A DNA stretch of 38,516 nucleotides from Candidatus Yonathbacteria bacterium (GCA_016215205.1 JACRKU010000005.1:1-38516), one strand, 5' to 3'; numbered from the stretch's first letter, positions 19,171 to 28,690 are shown. The notes: generated by a model not told the origin, from the sequence alone. Translations and numbers: made by a program.

Positions 19171-20895
19171 TTACAATGTATTTATCTCTTGAAACGGCAC
19201 AATCTTATCCATACTTTTCAAGATTGCATCTTCTTTCATCGATATCATTCCTCTTTTGCGGGTAGCTTCCCACAAGCGAACCTCTGTCGGCTCAGCCAGA
19301 ATAATCTTTTCGATGTCCTTGTCCACGGAAAAGACTTCAAATACCGCGAGGCGTCCGCGAGTTCCCGATGGACATTCGGAGGTTGACATCGCTTCGTGAA
19401 GCGGTCTCGCAAGATTGAGTTTTTTCTTGAATTCTTGCGGAAAATCCTGAAATTGTTTTTCAATAATCATACTGATCGCTCCCTCATTGAGAACTTCTTT
19501 CGCCCCGCCGGGACAAATCTTTTTTACGAGGCGCTGTGCTACAGAAAGTACGAGCGTTGGCGCAATAAGATATGGATCGATACCCATATCCACAAGACGC
19601 GGAATGGCGCCAATGGCAGTGTTGGTGTGAAGCGTTGAAAGCACGAGGTGTCCCGTAAGCGCCGCCTGAATGGCAAGCTGTGCCGTCTCAGCATCGCGAA
19701 TCTCGCCAACCATAATAATATCCGGGTCCTGACGAAGCGTGGTGCGAAGCCCTGCCGCAAAAGTATACCCAATCTCCGGACGCACCTGAGACTGACTAAT
19801 TCCGCTCATATTATACTCAACAGGGTCTTCAAGCGAAACAATGTTTTTTGTTTCCTTGTCGAGCTCATTCAACATCGAATAAAGAGTGGTTGATTTACCG
19901 GACCCGGTGGGTCCCGTAATGAGAATGATTCCGTATGGACGCGCGAGGGCGCTTCGCACGAGCGCGAGGTGCTCCGGCCGAAAACCGATATCATCAATCT
20001 TCTGAACACCCTTTTGCGTATCCAAAATACGCATTACCACCTTTTCCCCATAATAAGCGGGAAAAGTAGAAACACGAAAATCGATTTTTCGGCCATCGAT
20101 ACGCGCCGAGAAACGCCCGTCTTGGGGTTTGCGCTTTTCGTCGAGCTTCAAAGACGCAAGGATTTTAATGCGCGCGACAACTGAATTATGCACATCAACT
20201 GGAAGCACAAGACTGGTAAAAAGCTCACCGTCAACGCGAAAACGCACGCGCACATTCTCGCCAGTATGTTCAATGTGCACGTCGGATGCGCCGCCTTCGA
20301 CGGCGTGACGCAGAATAACCGCTGTAATCTTTGCCACAGGAGCGTCTTCCACGACACGCGCTTCTTTCTTTGTGGCAACAGTGACCTTTCCGGCGCCCTC
20401 CTTAAGAAGGGCGTCCTTGTCGACATCGCTTATATCAACCTCGAGCTCCGAAAGCGCTTTTGTCACCTCTCCGGTAAGTCCGCGGTAACTCTCGAGAATC
20501 ACCTTCAAATCCTCATCCGATATGAGAAATATCTTGAATGGCATTCCGAGTTTCGTCGCGATAAATTGTAATGCGTCGCGCGCTTCAATATTTTCCGGGT
20601 CTGTAATTCCAATCTCAAGAACTTCGTTCACGACTCCTATCGGAGCAAAATGATAATGTGAAGCGGAATCTTCTGGGATATACTTTAAAATTTCAAAAGC
20701 GACACCTTTGCCTTTCAGATCGCGCGTGGGCAGATTGTAATAAAACCCGCGCCCCTTCAAAATATCTTCTTTTGTCACTCCCGCCTTTGCAAGCACTTCG
20801 TCAATTGACGCTCCTTCATTCAAATGCTTCAAAAGTGCCGGGATTAGCTCCTTTTTTATAATACCGTGAAGCGCGAATGTGTCGAGGATTGCCAT
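19171..20895 (-). CDS. pilB: Pilus assembly ATPase (GspE/PilB family)
   Basis: ASDVHIE, PQDGRF, TGPTGSGKSTT, LRQDPDIIMVGEIRD, AALTGHL. Confidence 0.95.
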   Translation of the reverse strand: MAILDTFALHGIIKKELIPALLKHLNEGASIDEVLAKAGVTKEDILKGRGFYYNLPTRDLKGKGVAFEILKYIPEDSASHYHFAPIGVVNEVLEIGITDPENIEARDALQFIATKLGMPFKIFLISDEDLKVILESYRGLTGEVTKALSELEVDISDVDKDALLKEGAGKVTVATKKEARVVEDAPVAKITAVILRHAVEGGASDVHIEHTGENVRVRFRVDGELFTSLVLPVDVHNSVVARIKILASLKLDEKRKPQDGRFSARIDGRKIDFRVSTFPAYYGEKVVMRILDTQKGVQKIDDIGFRPEHLALVRSALARPYGIILITGPTGSGKSTTLYSMLNELDKETKNIVSLEDPVEYNMSGISQSQVRPEIGYTFAAGLRTTLRQDPDIIMVGEIRDAETAQLAIQAALTGHLVLSTLHTNTAIGAIPRLVDMGIDPYLIAPTLVLSVAQRLVKKICPGGAKEVLNEGAISMIIEKQFQDFPQEFKKKLNLARPLHEAMSTSECPSGTRGRLAVFEVFSVDKDIEKIILAEPTEVRLWEATRKRGMISMKEDAILKSMDKIVPFQEINTL

Positions 20896-20904
20896 GGAAC
20901 ATTT

Positions 20905-21339
20905 TTAAGGGGTTTGTGACTGCACCCCGGAAACCGAAGCGGATTGCGCACCAGACTGAGAAGTTGCGCTCTTTGCGGCCGTTTCTTCAATGGCTCTCAT
21001 TTTTAATTTCCATGCAGTGGGAATGAATGGATTCGACCTCCCCACTGCCTCAATAGGTACCGCAACTGTGAAATCTTGAAGATTTTTAAATGCGGGCAAA
21101 TCAAAAATAATTTTGGAATCCGCCACCGCGCGCTCCAAGTCTCCAAGGTCTTTAACCGTGTAATCAATCTGGGTTCCAATAGACACCGTTTCTTCCGCAA
21201 TCTTGGCAATTGAAGCAACCGAACTCACGGTAGCAGTATCTTTCTTTACGAAAATAAAATATCCGACAATCAAAACTCCCACCGGAACTGCCACAGTCAA
21301 TATGTTTATCAAAAGCGATTTTATTTGTTCATTTTTCAT
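20905..21339 (-). CDS. Membrane-anchored pilus accessory protein (PilP position)
   Basis: One N-terminal TM segment, GRSNPF motif, located after pilO. Confidence 0.6.
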   Translation of the reverse strand: MKNEQIKSLLINILTVAVPVGVLIVGYFIFVKKDTATVSSVASIAKIAEETVSIGTQIDYTVKDLGDLERAVADSKIIFDLPAFKNLQDFTVAVPIEAVGRSNPFIPTAWKLKMRAIEETAAKSATSQSGAQSASVSGVQSQTP

Positions 21340-21343
21340 ATGA

Positions 21344-22018
21344 TTATTTAAGAGAATAGGTCTCTATCGCCACCGTATATTGATAAGTCGGCGGTGCCTT
21401 CGACTTAGAATCGGGCGGCAACATAACAAAAGAGATATCTGTCAGATTAATCAGCCCCAGGCTTTTTTCAAGGTCATTTAAAAAGAGTTGTGATGCCTCG
21501 TAAGAAGCGACAAATGTAAAATTTGCACTGGTGGATACAAATTTTTTACCTGAAACCGAAGCCTTGCCTTCAATTGTTGGATTCATGGTGTATGCCCCTT
21601 GCGCCTGATTTATTTTTGCGCCAAGAGATACTGTGTTTACGATCCCCTGTGTCACGCTGACACCAGATGGTGCAGTGTTTTTGAGCGTGCCGTTTGCGGG
21701 TCCTTCTACCTTGATGTCAGACAAAATAATTCTATTCTTTCTGCCGATATATTGGATATTGTTTGCAAAACGAACCGCATCAATTTTTTCGGGTAGAAAC
21801 ACCTCAAAACGGGACAGGCTGGAAGGCTCAATACCATCCATGTTTTTCTTGGTTTTATCGATTAATGCCTTAATCTCGCCGGATGTACTGAGAACCTTGG
21901 AAAGAGCTACTATATCGTCACGACGTTCTTGGCTCAAGTTGTATGCCGGCACGACATAGAAAAACGCAAAACCAGAAGAGATTATGAGGACAATAAATGA
22001 GATGATTGGTTTAGTCAT
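21344..22018 (-). CDS. pilO: PilO-like alignment protein
   Basis: TM, coiled coil, FLP, YEASQLFLNDLEKSLGLI. Confidence 0.75.
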   Translation of the reverse strand: MTKPIISFIVLIISSGFAFFYVVPAYNLSQERRDDIVALSKVLSTSGEIKALIDKTKKNMDGIEPSSLSRFEVFLPEKIDAVRFANNIQYIGRKNRIILSDIKVEGPANGTLKNTAPSGVSVTQGIVNTVSLGAKINQAQGAYTMNPTIEGKASVSGKKFVSTSANFTFVASYEASQLFLNDLEKSLGLINLTDISFVMLPPDSKSKAPPTYQYTVAIETYSLK

Positions 22019-22027
22019 TATAGTATG

Positions 22028-22930
22028 TTACCAAAATTTAAACTTCGACCAGAGCGACATTAAAAAAGACTGCCACCCTTCCGCCTTCGCGGAGGTACTC
22101 GTGGTAAGTCCGCCCTGTGGAGCCGCGGTCAAGCCGCTCGCTTGACCACCAGTTTCAGTAGCCGGAAGGGACGTAGGTTCAAGAACAGATACCTGTAATT
22201 CTGTTGAAGTTGTTCCGGTGGTGGTGCCCATATCTGCCGCAGAAGATGCAGGTGCCGTGACAATGGGAGCCTTAGCGTTGGTGACAGTAGTAGTTGCGAC
22301 GACGGGTTCCTTCATTTCAAAAGCGGGAGTGATTAAAGCGCTTAAGTTATTTGTATACAATAAATAATCGGGCGCAAACGCCATTGCAAAAGTAAACGTT
22401 ACCGTACCAAATTTTGTAAGACTGACATCGCGCACGGAAAACCCGGAAAGTTCTTTGGTTTGACTTCGGAAAACATCTGCTTGGTACGCGAGCGCCGCAT
22501 AAGTCGGCGCTTCGCCCGAAAGCTCAAGCTGGGAGCCATCTGGGGTCTTCTTAAAAGAAAATCTATCATACAAAATGCTTTCAGTCGTATTTTTTGATAA
22601 GAACGCAAACACCGGAGACACGACAGTATGTGCGTTTAAAAGTTCACGCGCAATATCGGCGCGCGCGCGGAATACCTTCGCCTCTGAAACTTCCGAAGCA
22701 TCGCTGAATTCTTTTTGTACGGATTTTATTTCAGTTGTTTTTGTCGCTACCTCTTGATTCAAAATACCATTGTAATAAAAGAGTCCGGCGTACGCGCCGA
22801 TAATTGAAACAAAAGCAATTCCGGCAATAAATCCCATAACGCTTCGCGGACGGCGCCTTTCCAAAAAGGACTCCTCGCGGACGAGCGACCCTTTTGGAAT
22901 GAACGAAATTTTTGGGTTAGTGCCATCCAT
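22028..22930 (-). CDS. pilN: PilN-like protein with a Thr/Ala-rich C-terminal extension
   Basis: SFIPK N-terminal motif, TM, LSGEAPTYAALAYQ, VTFTF; lies between pilM and pilO. Confidence 0.7.
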   Translation of the reverse strand: MDGTNPKISFIPKGSLVREESFLERRRPRSVMGFIAGIAFVSIIGAYAGLFYYNGILNQEVATKTTEIKSVQKEFSDASEVSEAKVFRARADIARELLNAHTVVSPVFAFLSKNTTESILYDRFSFKKTPDGSQLELSGEAPTYAALAYQADVFRSQTKELSGFSVRDVSLTKFGTVTFTFAMAFAPDYLLYTNNLSALITPAFEMKEPVVATTTVTNAKAPIVTAPASSAADMGTTTGTTSTELQVSVLEPTSLPATETGGQASGLTAAPQGGLTTSTSAKAEGWQSFLMSLWSKFKFW

Positions 22931-22962
22931 AATTATTCTCTTTTATTATACTATGTTTATTA

Positions 22963-24099
22963 TCACTCTTCTAGTCCTTTTAGCGCAATGCCGATAGCCA
23001 CCGCAAAGTTTGGGCTCAACTCTTTCAATGTTGAAGACAAGAATGCCGGCGTATCAACGCGGGCAAACGGGTCGCCGACAAAAAAAGAAGCGTTTGGGAA
23101 ATTTTGTGCCACTATCTTCTCGATACCTTTTAATCGCGCGCCGCCGCCGACCAAAATTACTTTTGATATCTTTGTATTATATTTGCGTTCATAGTTTTCC
23201 GTGAATCGCGCCGCTTCATTCATGATATTCGCAATGATAAGCTCGGAAACTACGAGGACATCTCGCCCTTCCTCGTCGCCAATCATCCCAACGCGACATT
23301 TTATTTCCTCCGCTTGATCAAGGGAAAGCTGGCGAGAGCGCGAGAGCGCGAGCGTAATGTCCTGCCCGCCCGATGAGATAACGTGTGAACCGCGCACAAC
23401 GCCCTCATCCACGAGAGCAAGCTTTGTACTTCCCGCGCCAATGTCGATTACAAGAGTAGGCAAGAGGTCCCGCCCGACGACCGCGCGAAGAGTACTGAAT
23501 ATCTCAATCTCGAAATGCGATGCCTCTCCGGGAATCTGCGCATCACGCTTGATTGATTCATATTTTTTGATAATCTCATTGTGAATCGCGGCAATGATGA
23601 CTTCAGTCTTCCCGATTTGTTTTGCGGAGGAAACTGGAGCGGCAACAACAGCTCCGGCCTTTACTTCCGCTTTGCGTTTTGGCAGAACCCACCAGTCGAG
23701 CGAAACTTCGGTAATAGGTACGGGTATGTATCGTCGTGCTTCTATTGGAATCATTGATTCAAGTTCTTTCTTTTCCACATCGGGAAGCTCGGCAACAGTG
23801 AGCAAGCTCGCGCTAAATGGAATCGCCATAAGCGTGTGGTGAGCAACAATGCCCATTTCCTTCAAAAGGTCGCGGAGCGCTTCCGCAATCTTTTCCGGGG
23901 GGAGATTGGTTGCCTGCCCCGAGGATTTTCCGGCGCGAGGACCAAGGGCAATCTCGCCGTAGTTTCGCAAAACTGCTTTTTCTTCAACCTTTTCAATTGC
24001 GACAACCTTGATGGAAGATGAGCCAATATCAATACCGAGGATTACCCCCTTGTGTCCAGTCGAAAAAACTTTTTTAAATGATTCTAAAATTGAAACCAT
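22963..24099 (-). CDS. pilM: Type IV pilus assembly protein PilM
   Basis: GIDIGSSSIK, EARRYIP, IDIGAGST, LVGGGA, AVAIGIAL. Start placed at MVSIL. Confidence 0.93.
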   Translation of the reverse strand: MVSILESFKKVFSTGHKGVILGIDIGSSSIKVVAIEKVEEKAVLRNYGEIALGPRAGKSSGQATNLPPEKIAEALRDLLKEMGIVAHHTLMAIPFSASLLTVAELPDVEKKELESMIPIEARRYIPVPITEVSLDWWVLPKRKAEVKAGAVVAAPVSSAKQIGKTEVIIAAIHNEIIKKYESIKRDAQIPGEASHFEIEIFSTLRAVVGRDLLPTLVIDIGAGSTKLALVDEGVVRGSHVISSGGQDITLALSRSRQLSLDQAEEIKCRVGMIGDEEGRDVLVVSELIIANIMNEAARFTENYERKYNTKISKVILVGGGARLKGIEKIVAQNFPNASFFVGDPFARVDTPAFLSSTLKELSPNFAVAIGIALKGLEE

Positions 24100-24158
24100 A
24101 ATATATACTATTAGTATATCATGAAAAATGGAATCTTTGGCGCCGGTAAAAATAGAAG

Positions 24159-24167
24159 TTATCCACA
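24159..24167 (+). promoter_or_regulatory. Consensus DnaA-box sequence in the divergent pilM/comF promoter region
   Basis: TTATCCACA; near-matches at 24227-24235 (reverse) and 24246-24254. Confidence 0.45.
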
Positions 24168-24253
24168 AGCGAGTGAGTGAGATAAAAATAAGTTTAATAA
24201 TTTGTTTTTATCTCCGAGCGAGCGAAGTGGATATTGTACCTAGTTATATCCAC

Positions 24254-24925
24254 ATGCACCTACTGTTATCGATATTCACACGACTCATTGATGCCGTATT
24301 CCCTAGCGTATGCGGAGGATGTGGGAAAAGTGGCGGGCTTTTGTGCGCGGACTGCATTGCAAATGTTCCTAGCGCTTCGCCTGCAACACAATCATTCATT
24401 ACTGCAGTTTTCGATTATCAAAATCCGATAATACGCGGGGTAATTTGGAAATTTAAATACAAGAACGCGCGCGGAGTCGCAAAATATTTTGGTATGGCGC
24501 TCTACGATGAAATCATTGGCGAAATCGGCGATGACATTCGCATCTCAAAAAATGAAGTGTTCTTGCTCGTACCAATCCCGCTTCACGCAAAACGATTACG
24601 CGAGCGCGGGTACAACCAGAGCGAACTTCTCGCGCGAGAAATTATTAAATATGCAAAAGAACAAGGAAGCGAAAAAATGTTTAAGCTTGCGCCAGGCGCG
24701 CTCACCCGTACGCGTGCAACTAAACCACAGGCGAAATCTGAGAAACGCTCCACGCGTTTTGAAAATCTCCGCGGAGCGTTTTTTGCATTTCCTGAACTCG
24801 TGCGCGGCAAGCATATTATTCTCATCGACGATGTTACCACCACCGGTGCAACCCTGACCTCAGCGCGCAAAACACTTCTAAAAAACGGCACAAAAACCGT
24901 GCGCGCATACGCAGTGGCGCACTAG
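24254..24925 (+). CDS. comF: ComF family competence protein
   Basis: FPSVCGGC..LCADC, PIPLH, RGYNQSELLA, LIDDVTTTGATL. Confidence 0.92.
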   Translation: MHLLLSIFTRLIDAVFPSVCGGCGKSGGLLCADCIANVPSASPATQSFITAVFDYQNPIIRGVIWKFKYKNARGVAKYFGMALYDEIIGEIGDDIRISKNEVFLLVPIPLHAKRLRERGYNQSELLAREIIKYAKEQGSEKMFKLAPGALTRTRATKPQAKSEKRSTRFENLRGAFFAFPELVRGKHIILIDDVTTTGATLTSARKTLLKNGTKTVRAYAVAH

Positions 24926-24968
24926 AGAAAACGCGCCGAATATGATAAGGTGGTAAAGTTCAACAACT

Positions 24969-25055
24969 GGAGACGTGACCGAGAGGCCGAAGGTACCTCA
25001 CTGCTAACGAGGCAGGGGATAAAACCCCTCGAGGGTTCGAATCCCTCCGTCTCCG
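24969..25055 (+). tRNA. tRNA-Ser(GCT)
   Basis: Acceptor GGAGACG/CGTCTCC with G73, loop CTGCTAA, long variable arm AGGGG-ATAAAA-CCCCT. Confidence 0.93.
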
Positions 25056-25234
25056 CAAAACAAGAAGCTCAACACGAATGTGTCGGGCGACTGTGTTTTG
25101 CGAGAGATGGAGGGATTCGAAAGCGAACGCGGGCACCCGCCTGGCACGGCGGGTCGCGAGAGCAGGGCCGAGAAATTTTTATGAGTGGCGACGAATAAAA
25201 ATGTTCTTGGCCAAAAATCCCTCCGTCTCCGCAA
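25056..25234 (+). repeat. tRNA-anchored structured element, copy 1
   Basis: Antisense copy of the tRNA 3' end at 25094-25121; 19-bp direct repeat 25040-25058 = 25216-25234; core shared with 37264-37452. Confidence 0.8.
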
Positions 25235-25236
25235 TC

Positions 25237-25265
25237 AAAAATCACGCCATTATAGCGTGATTTTT
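25237..25265. terminator. Terminator after the tRNA-Ser element
   Basis: AAAAATCACGC-CATTATA-GCGTGATTTTT. Confidence 0.7.
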
Positions 25266-25281
25266 GCTATACTATAATTCT

Positions 25282-25857
25282 ATGCCTCAACACAACCTCA
25301 CCATCACCGACAAAATTCTGGCGAAAACACTCCTACATCTCATTCCGCACTGGATGACGCCAAACTTAATTTCGTGGCTTCGTTTTGCAAGTGTGCCATT
25401 CATCGGATATTTTCTGTGGAATGAAAGCTATGTGGTCGCGCTGCCACTCTTTTTCATTTCCGCATTTTCTGACGCTGTCGACGGTTCTCTTGCGCGCACG
25501 CGAAACCTCGTAACGGACTTTGGTAAAATGTTTGATCCGCTTGCCGACAAACTTCTCATCTCTGCGGCGGCAATCATAGTCATTCCACGATATCTCGATT
25601 GGAGTATCGTGCTTGCCATAGTCACCATAGAGCTCACCCTTGTCGCAAGCGCTTATGTGCAAAAAACATACTACGGAAAAACAATCCAAGCGGAGAACAC
25701 CGGCAAGCTCAAAATGATTTTGCAGTCGCTCGGCATCGGCGCATTGCTTGTTTATACGATATGGAACATCGCATTGGTTCTCATGCTGGCGCAGTATTTC
25801 TTTTACGCAGCAATTTTCTTTGCGCTTCTGTCTCTCGTAGTGTATCGTGCCATCTAA
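25282..25857 (+). CDS. CDP-alcohol phosphatidyltransferase (PgsA-like)
   Basis: TPNLISWLR, SDAVDGSLAR, FGKMFDPLADK, GKLKM. Confidence 0.9.
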   Translation: MPQHNLTITDKILAKTLLHLIPHWMTPNLISWLRFASVPFIGYFLWNESYVVALPLFFISAFSDAVDGSLARTRNLVTDFGKMFDPLADKLLISAAAIIVIPRYLDWSIVLAIVTIELTLVASAYVQKTYYGKTIQAENTGKLKMILQSLGIGALLVYTIWNIALVLMLAQYFFYAAIFFALLSLVVYRAI

Positions 25858-25875
25858 TCAACCAATAAAATAAAA

Positions 25876-27881
25876 ATGAAACGAACACCTTACACACCAT
25901 CCGATTTCGCGTGGACAAAATGGTCCGCGACTGATATTAAGGCGCTTCCGGCAAAAATTATCGCCGAGAAAAAAGCGCGATTTCTTGCTATTAAAAAATA
26001 GTCTCCGCCAACCGCACATTTGAAAACACGGTATATGCGCTTGAGTCTTCCGACTACGGTATTTCCGAAACCGTCCTTAAAATAGATCTCCTGCAAAATG
26101 TTTCGCCCGAAAAGACCATTCGCGACACCGCAAAGCGCGCGATAGAAGCAATAGAAAAACAAATGATTCGCATTGAACGCGACCCGAAGATATGGCAGGC
26201 ACTCAAAGACTATAAAAACGGCGGGTGGAAAAAAGAAAAAGCGGATATCGCTCCGGAAGACAAGAAATTGTTCCGCGATATATTTCTCATTTATAAGCGG
26301 ATGGGTTTTGACCTCGCACCAAAAAAACAAAAGCGCGTAAAAGAAATAATGGAGCGCCTTTCAAAACTTTCAAACGAATTCCGCCACAACATCAATAATT
26401 ACGAAGACCATATTACGATTGCGGAAACAGAAACAGCGGGGCTCCCAGAGCGCTACACTGCGGGGCTCAAGTGCGACAAAAAAGGAAACTTCATCGTCAC
26501 TCTCGCCTACCCCGACTATGTTCCTTTTATGGAGCTCGCGCAAAACGAAACAAAGCGCAAAGAGCTCAACAATAAATATATGCAAAAAGGCGGAAAGAAA
26601 AATATGGTCGTGCTTGGCGAGATGCTTCTACTTCGCGCCGAACATGCGCGCCTTCTCGGATACAAGACACACGCCGACTACAAGACCGAACTGCGCATGG
26701 CAAAATCAGGAAAAACTGCGCTTGGCTTTGAAATGTCGCTTCTCAAAAAAGTCGAACGGGGCGGAAAACATGACCTTGATGAACTTCGCGACCTCAAGCG
26801 CACGGTCACACAAAATCCTGGCGCGGAACTATACTCCCACGACATAGCCTACTACGGCCACGAGCTCCAAAAAGAGCGATTCAAATTTGACAGTGAAGAA
26901 GTGCGCGCGTACTTCCCACTTGAGCGCGTACTCGATGGAACATTTAAAATTTACTCCACACTCTTTGGGGTGAAGTTTGAAAAGCTTAAGAATTTCCCGC
27001 TCTGGCATCCAGATGCCGCGCTTTATGTGGTCAAGAACCAAAAAGGAAAAATTATTTCCTATTTTGCGCTCGACCTCTACCCGCGCGAGGGTAAATACGG
27101 ACACGCGGCGGCATTTGGAATTATTGGCGGACGCCAAACTTCTCCTACCAGTTACGTTGCACCATTTGCCGCAATGGTAACCAACTTCACGAAACCTTCA
27201 GAGAAAAATCTTTCTCTTCTTTCGCACAGAGAAGTCGAGACGTTCTTTCACGAGTTTGGACATATTATGCATTGCATCCTCACTACCGCGCGCTACGGTT
27301 CGCAATCCGGCTACCACACGGCGTGGGACTTCGTAGAAGCGCCATCACAAATGCTTGAACACTGGGCTTGGGACAAAAAATCTTTGGTTATTTTGTCTGC
27401 GCACCACGAAACCGGCAAACCAATTCCGCCGGCTTTTTTGAAGAATCTCATCGCGAGCGAAAACCACCTCCTCCGCTACGCAACACTTCGCCAGCTCGTT
27501 CTCGGCATATTTGACCTCACGCTTCACTCCGGAGGACACTCGCTCGAACCCGCAAAGCTCTATCGCGACCTTATGAAAAAACATACCGGTATAAATGTGC
27601 CGAAAGATGCAATCTTCCCCGCGGGCTTCGGGCACCTCGACGGCTACGATGCCGGCTACTACGGCTACCTCTGGTCAAAAGTGTATGCGGCGGATATGTT
27701 TACGCGATTTGCAAAAGAAGGAATCCTCAATAAAAATACTGGCGCCGACTACAAGAAATGGATTCTCGAAAAGGGCGGGAGCATGGAGGAGATTGATTTG
27801 GTGAAAGGCTTTCTCGGAAGAACACCAAACAACAAAGCGTTTTTGAAGGAGATTGGCGAATTGGGGTTTTTAAAACCATAA
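25876..27881 (+). CDS. M3A oligopeptidase (thimet/PrlC-like), interrupted by a -1 frameshift at an A6 run; possible pseudogene or assembly indel
   Basis: DLYPREGK, FHEFGH, DFVEAPSQMLE, YYGYLWSKV. The N-terminal 41 codons are in another frame and join to RTFENTV. Confidence 0.85.
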
Positions 27882-27964
27882 TGTAGTTCGGTTTTGAAAA
27901 GCCCAAATTCGTACCGCGGACGCCCCACCAGGGCGCCAAGGAGGTGAAGTAAGTGCAAAAATAC

Positions 27965-28231
27965 CTAGGCGATAACTTTGTGCAAGACAGAGGTGATGAA
28001 TGTTTGATACGACAATCCCTCACGCGACGCACGAGCCTTCAGCTTCATTAAGTCTCGCTCCGAAATGCGCACGTTCACCGTTTTAGTCTTTGCAAGAGTG
28101 ACATTTGCAATCTCGGAATGACGGAGAATCTCTTTCTTTATCAATGGAACAGAGCTAAACTTGCCTGCCTCAATGCTGGCAAGAATTCGTTTCTCTTCTT
28201 TATCTAATGTTAATTTTTTGATTTTCTTCAT
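27965..28231 (-). CDS. Antitoxin, BrnA/CopG-like (C-terminal RHH)
   Basis: LDKEEKRILASIE...KTKTVNVRISERDLMKLKARASREGLSYQTFITSVLH. Confidence 0.85.
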   Translation of the reverse strand: MKKIKKLTLDKEEKRILASIEAGKFSSVPLIKKEILRHSEIANVTLAKTKTVNVRISERDLMKLKARASREGLSYQTFITSVLHKVIA

Positions 28232-28502
28232 AATATTGTGGTTTTAAATACTTTTTAGTTGCCTTTCTGCTTGGAATAATAGTTTTAAGAAAAATTTTCT
28301 CTTTGTCTTCTACAAAAGGAACGTAGTAAACATACTTATCTATTTCAAGTACGTATACATGCTGATGTTCATAAGGAGTTTTATTTTCAATAATGTCCAA
28401 TATCTCACCCTGCTCTATGTAAGCTAAGCACATTTCAAACGAAACACCACGTTCTTGTATGAGTTTCAGATTTTTCTCCTCATCCCAGTCGTGATACTTC
28501 AT
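28200..28502 (-). CDS. Toxin, BrnT-like ribonuclease
   Basis: WDEEKN..LIQERGVSFE...YYVPFVED...FLKTIIPSRKATK; toxin-first gene order. Confidence 0.85.
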   Translation of the reverse strand: MKYHDWDEEKNLKLIQERGVSFEMCLAYIEQGEILDIIENKTPYEHQHVYVLEIDKYVYYVPFVEDKEKIFLKTIIPSRKATKKYLKPQYYEENQKINIR

Positions 28503-28544
28503 ATCTGTATGATATACAATGTATACCATATGTCCAGCGAGGCA

Positions 28545-28667
28545 GCCGACTACAAAAAATGGATTCTCGAAAAGGGCGGGAGCATGGAGGAACTTGAGCT
28601 CGTCAAAGGATTCCTCGGGCGCGCGCCTTCGAACAAAGCATTTTTGAAGGAAATAGGCGCGAAATAG
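28545..28667 (+). pseudogene. Displaced 3' fragment of the M3 peptidase gene
   Basis: Translates to ADYKKWILEKGGSMEELELVKGFLGRAPSNKAFLKEIGAK*, 34/38 identical to the peptidase C-terminus. Confidence 0.85.
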
Positions 28668-28690
28668 AAACATGGTAAAATTGAGAGACG

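Larger units (their letters stand above)
27744..28667. mobile_element. About 800-bp TA cassette flanked by duplicated peptidase 3' ends
   Basis: 47-bp direct repeat (27744-27790 and 28545-28591, 1 mismatch) continuing as diverged coding homology. Confidence 0.75.

Noticed and set aside
24159-24280. Replication origin oriC
   Set aside because: Only one perfect DnaA box, a short spacer, and no dnaA or dnaN nearby.
25056-25234. Prophage or ICE integrated at tRNA-Ser
   Set aside because: The att-like repeats are only 176 bp apart and no integrase is present; it is treated as a small element instead.
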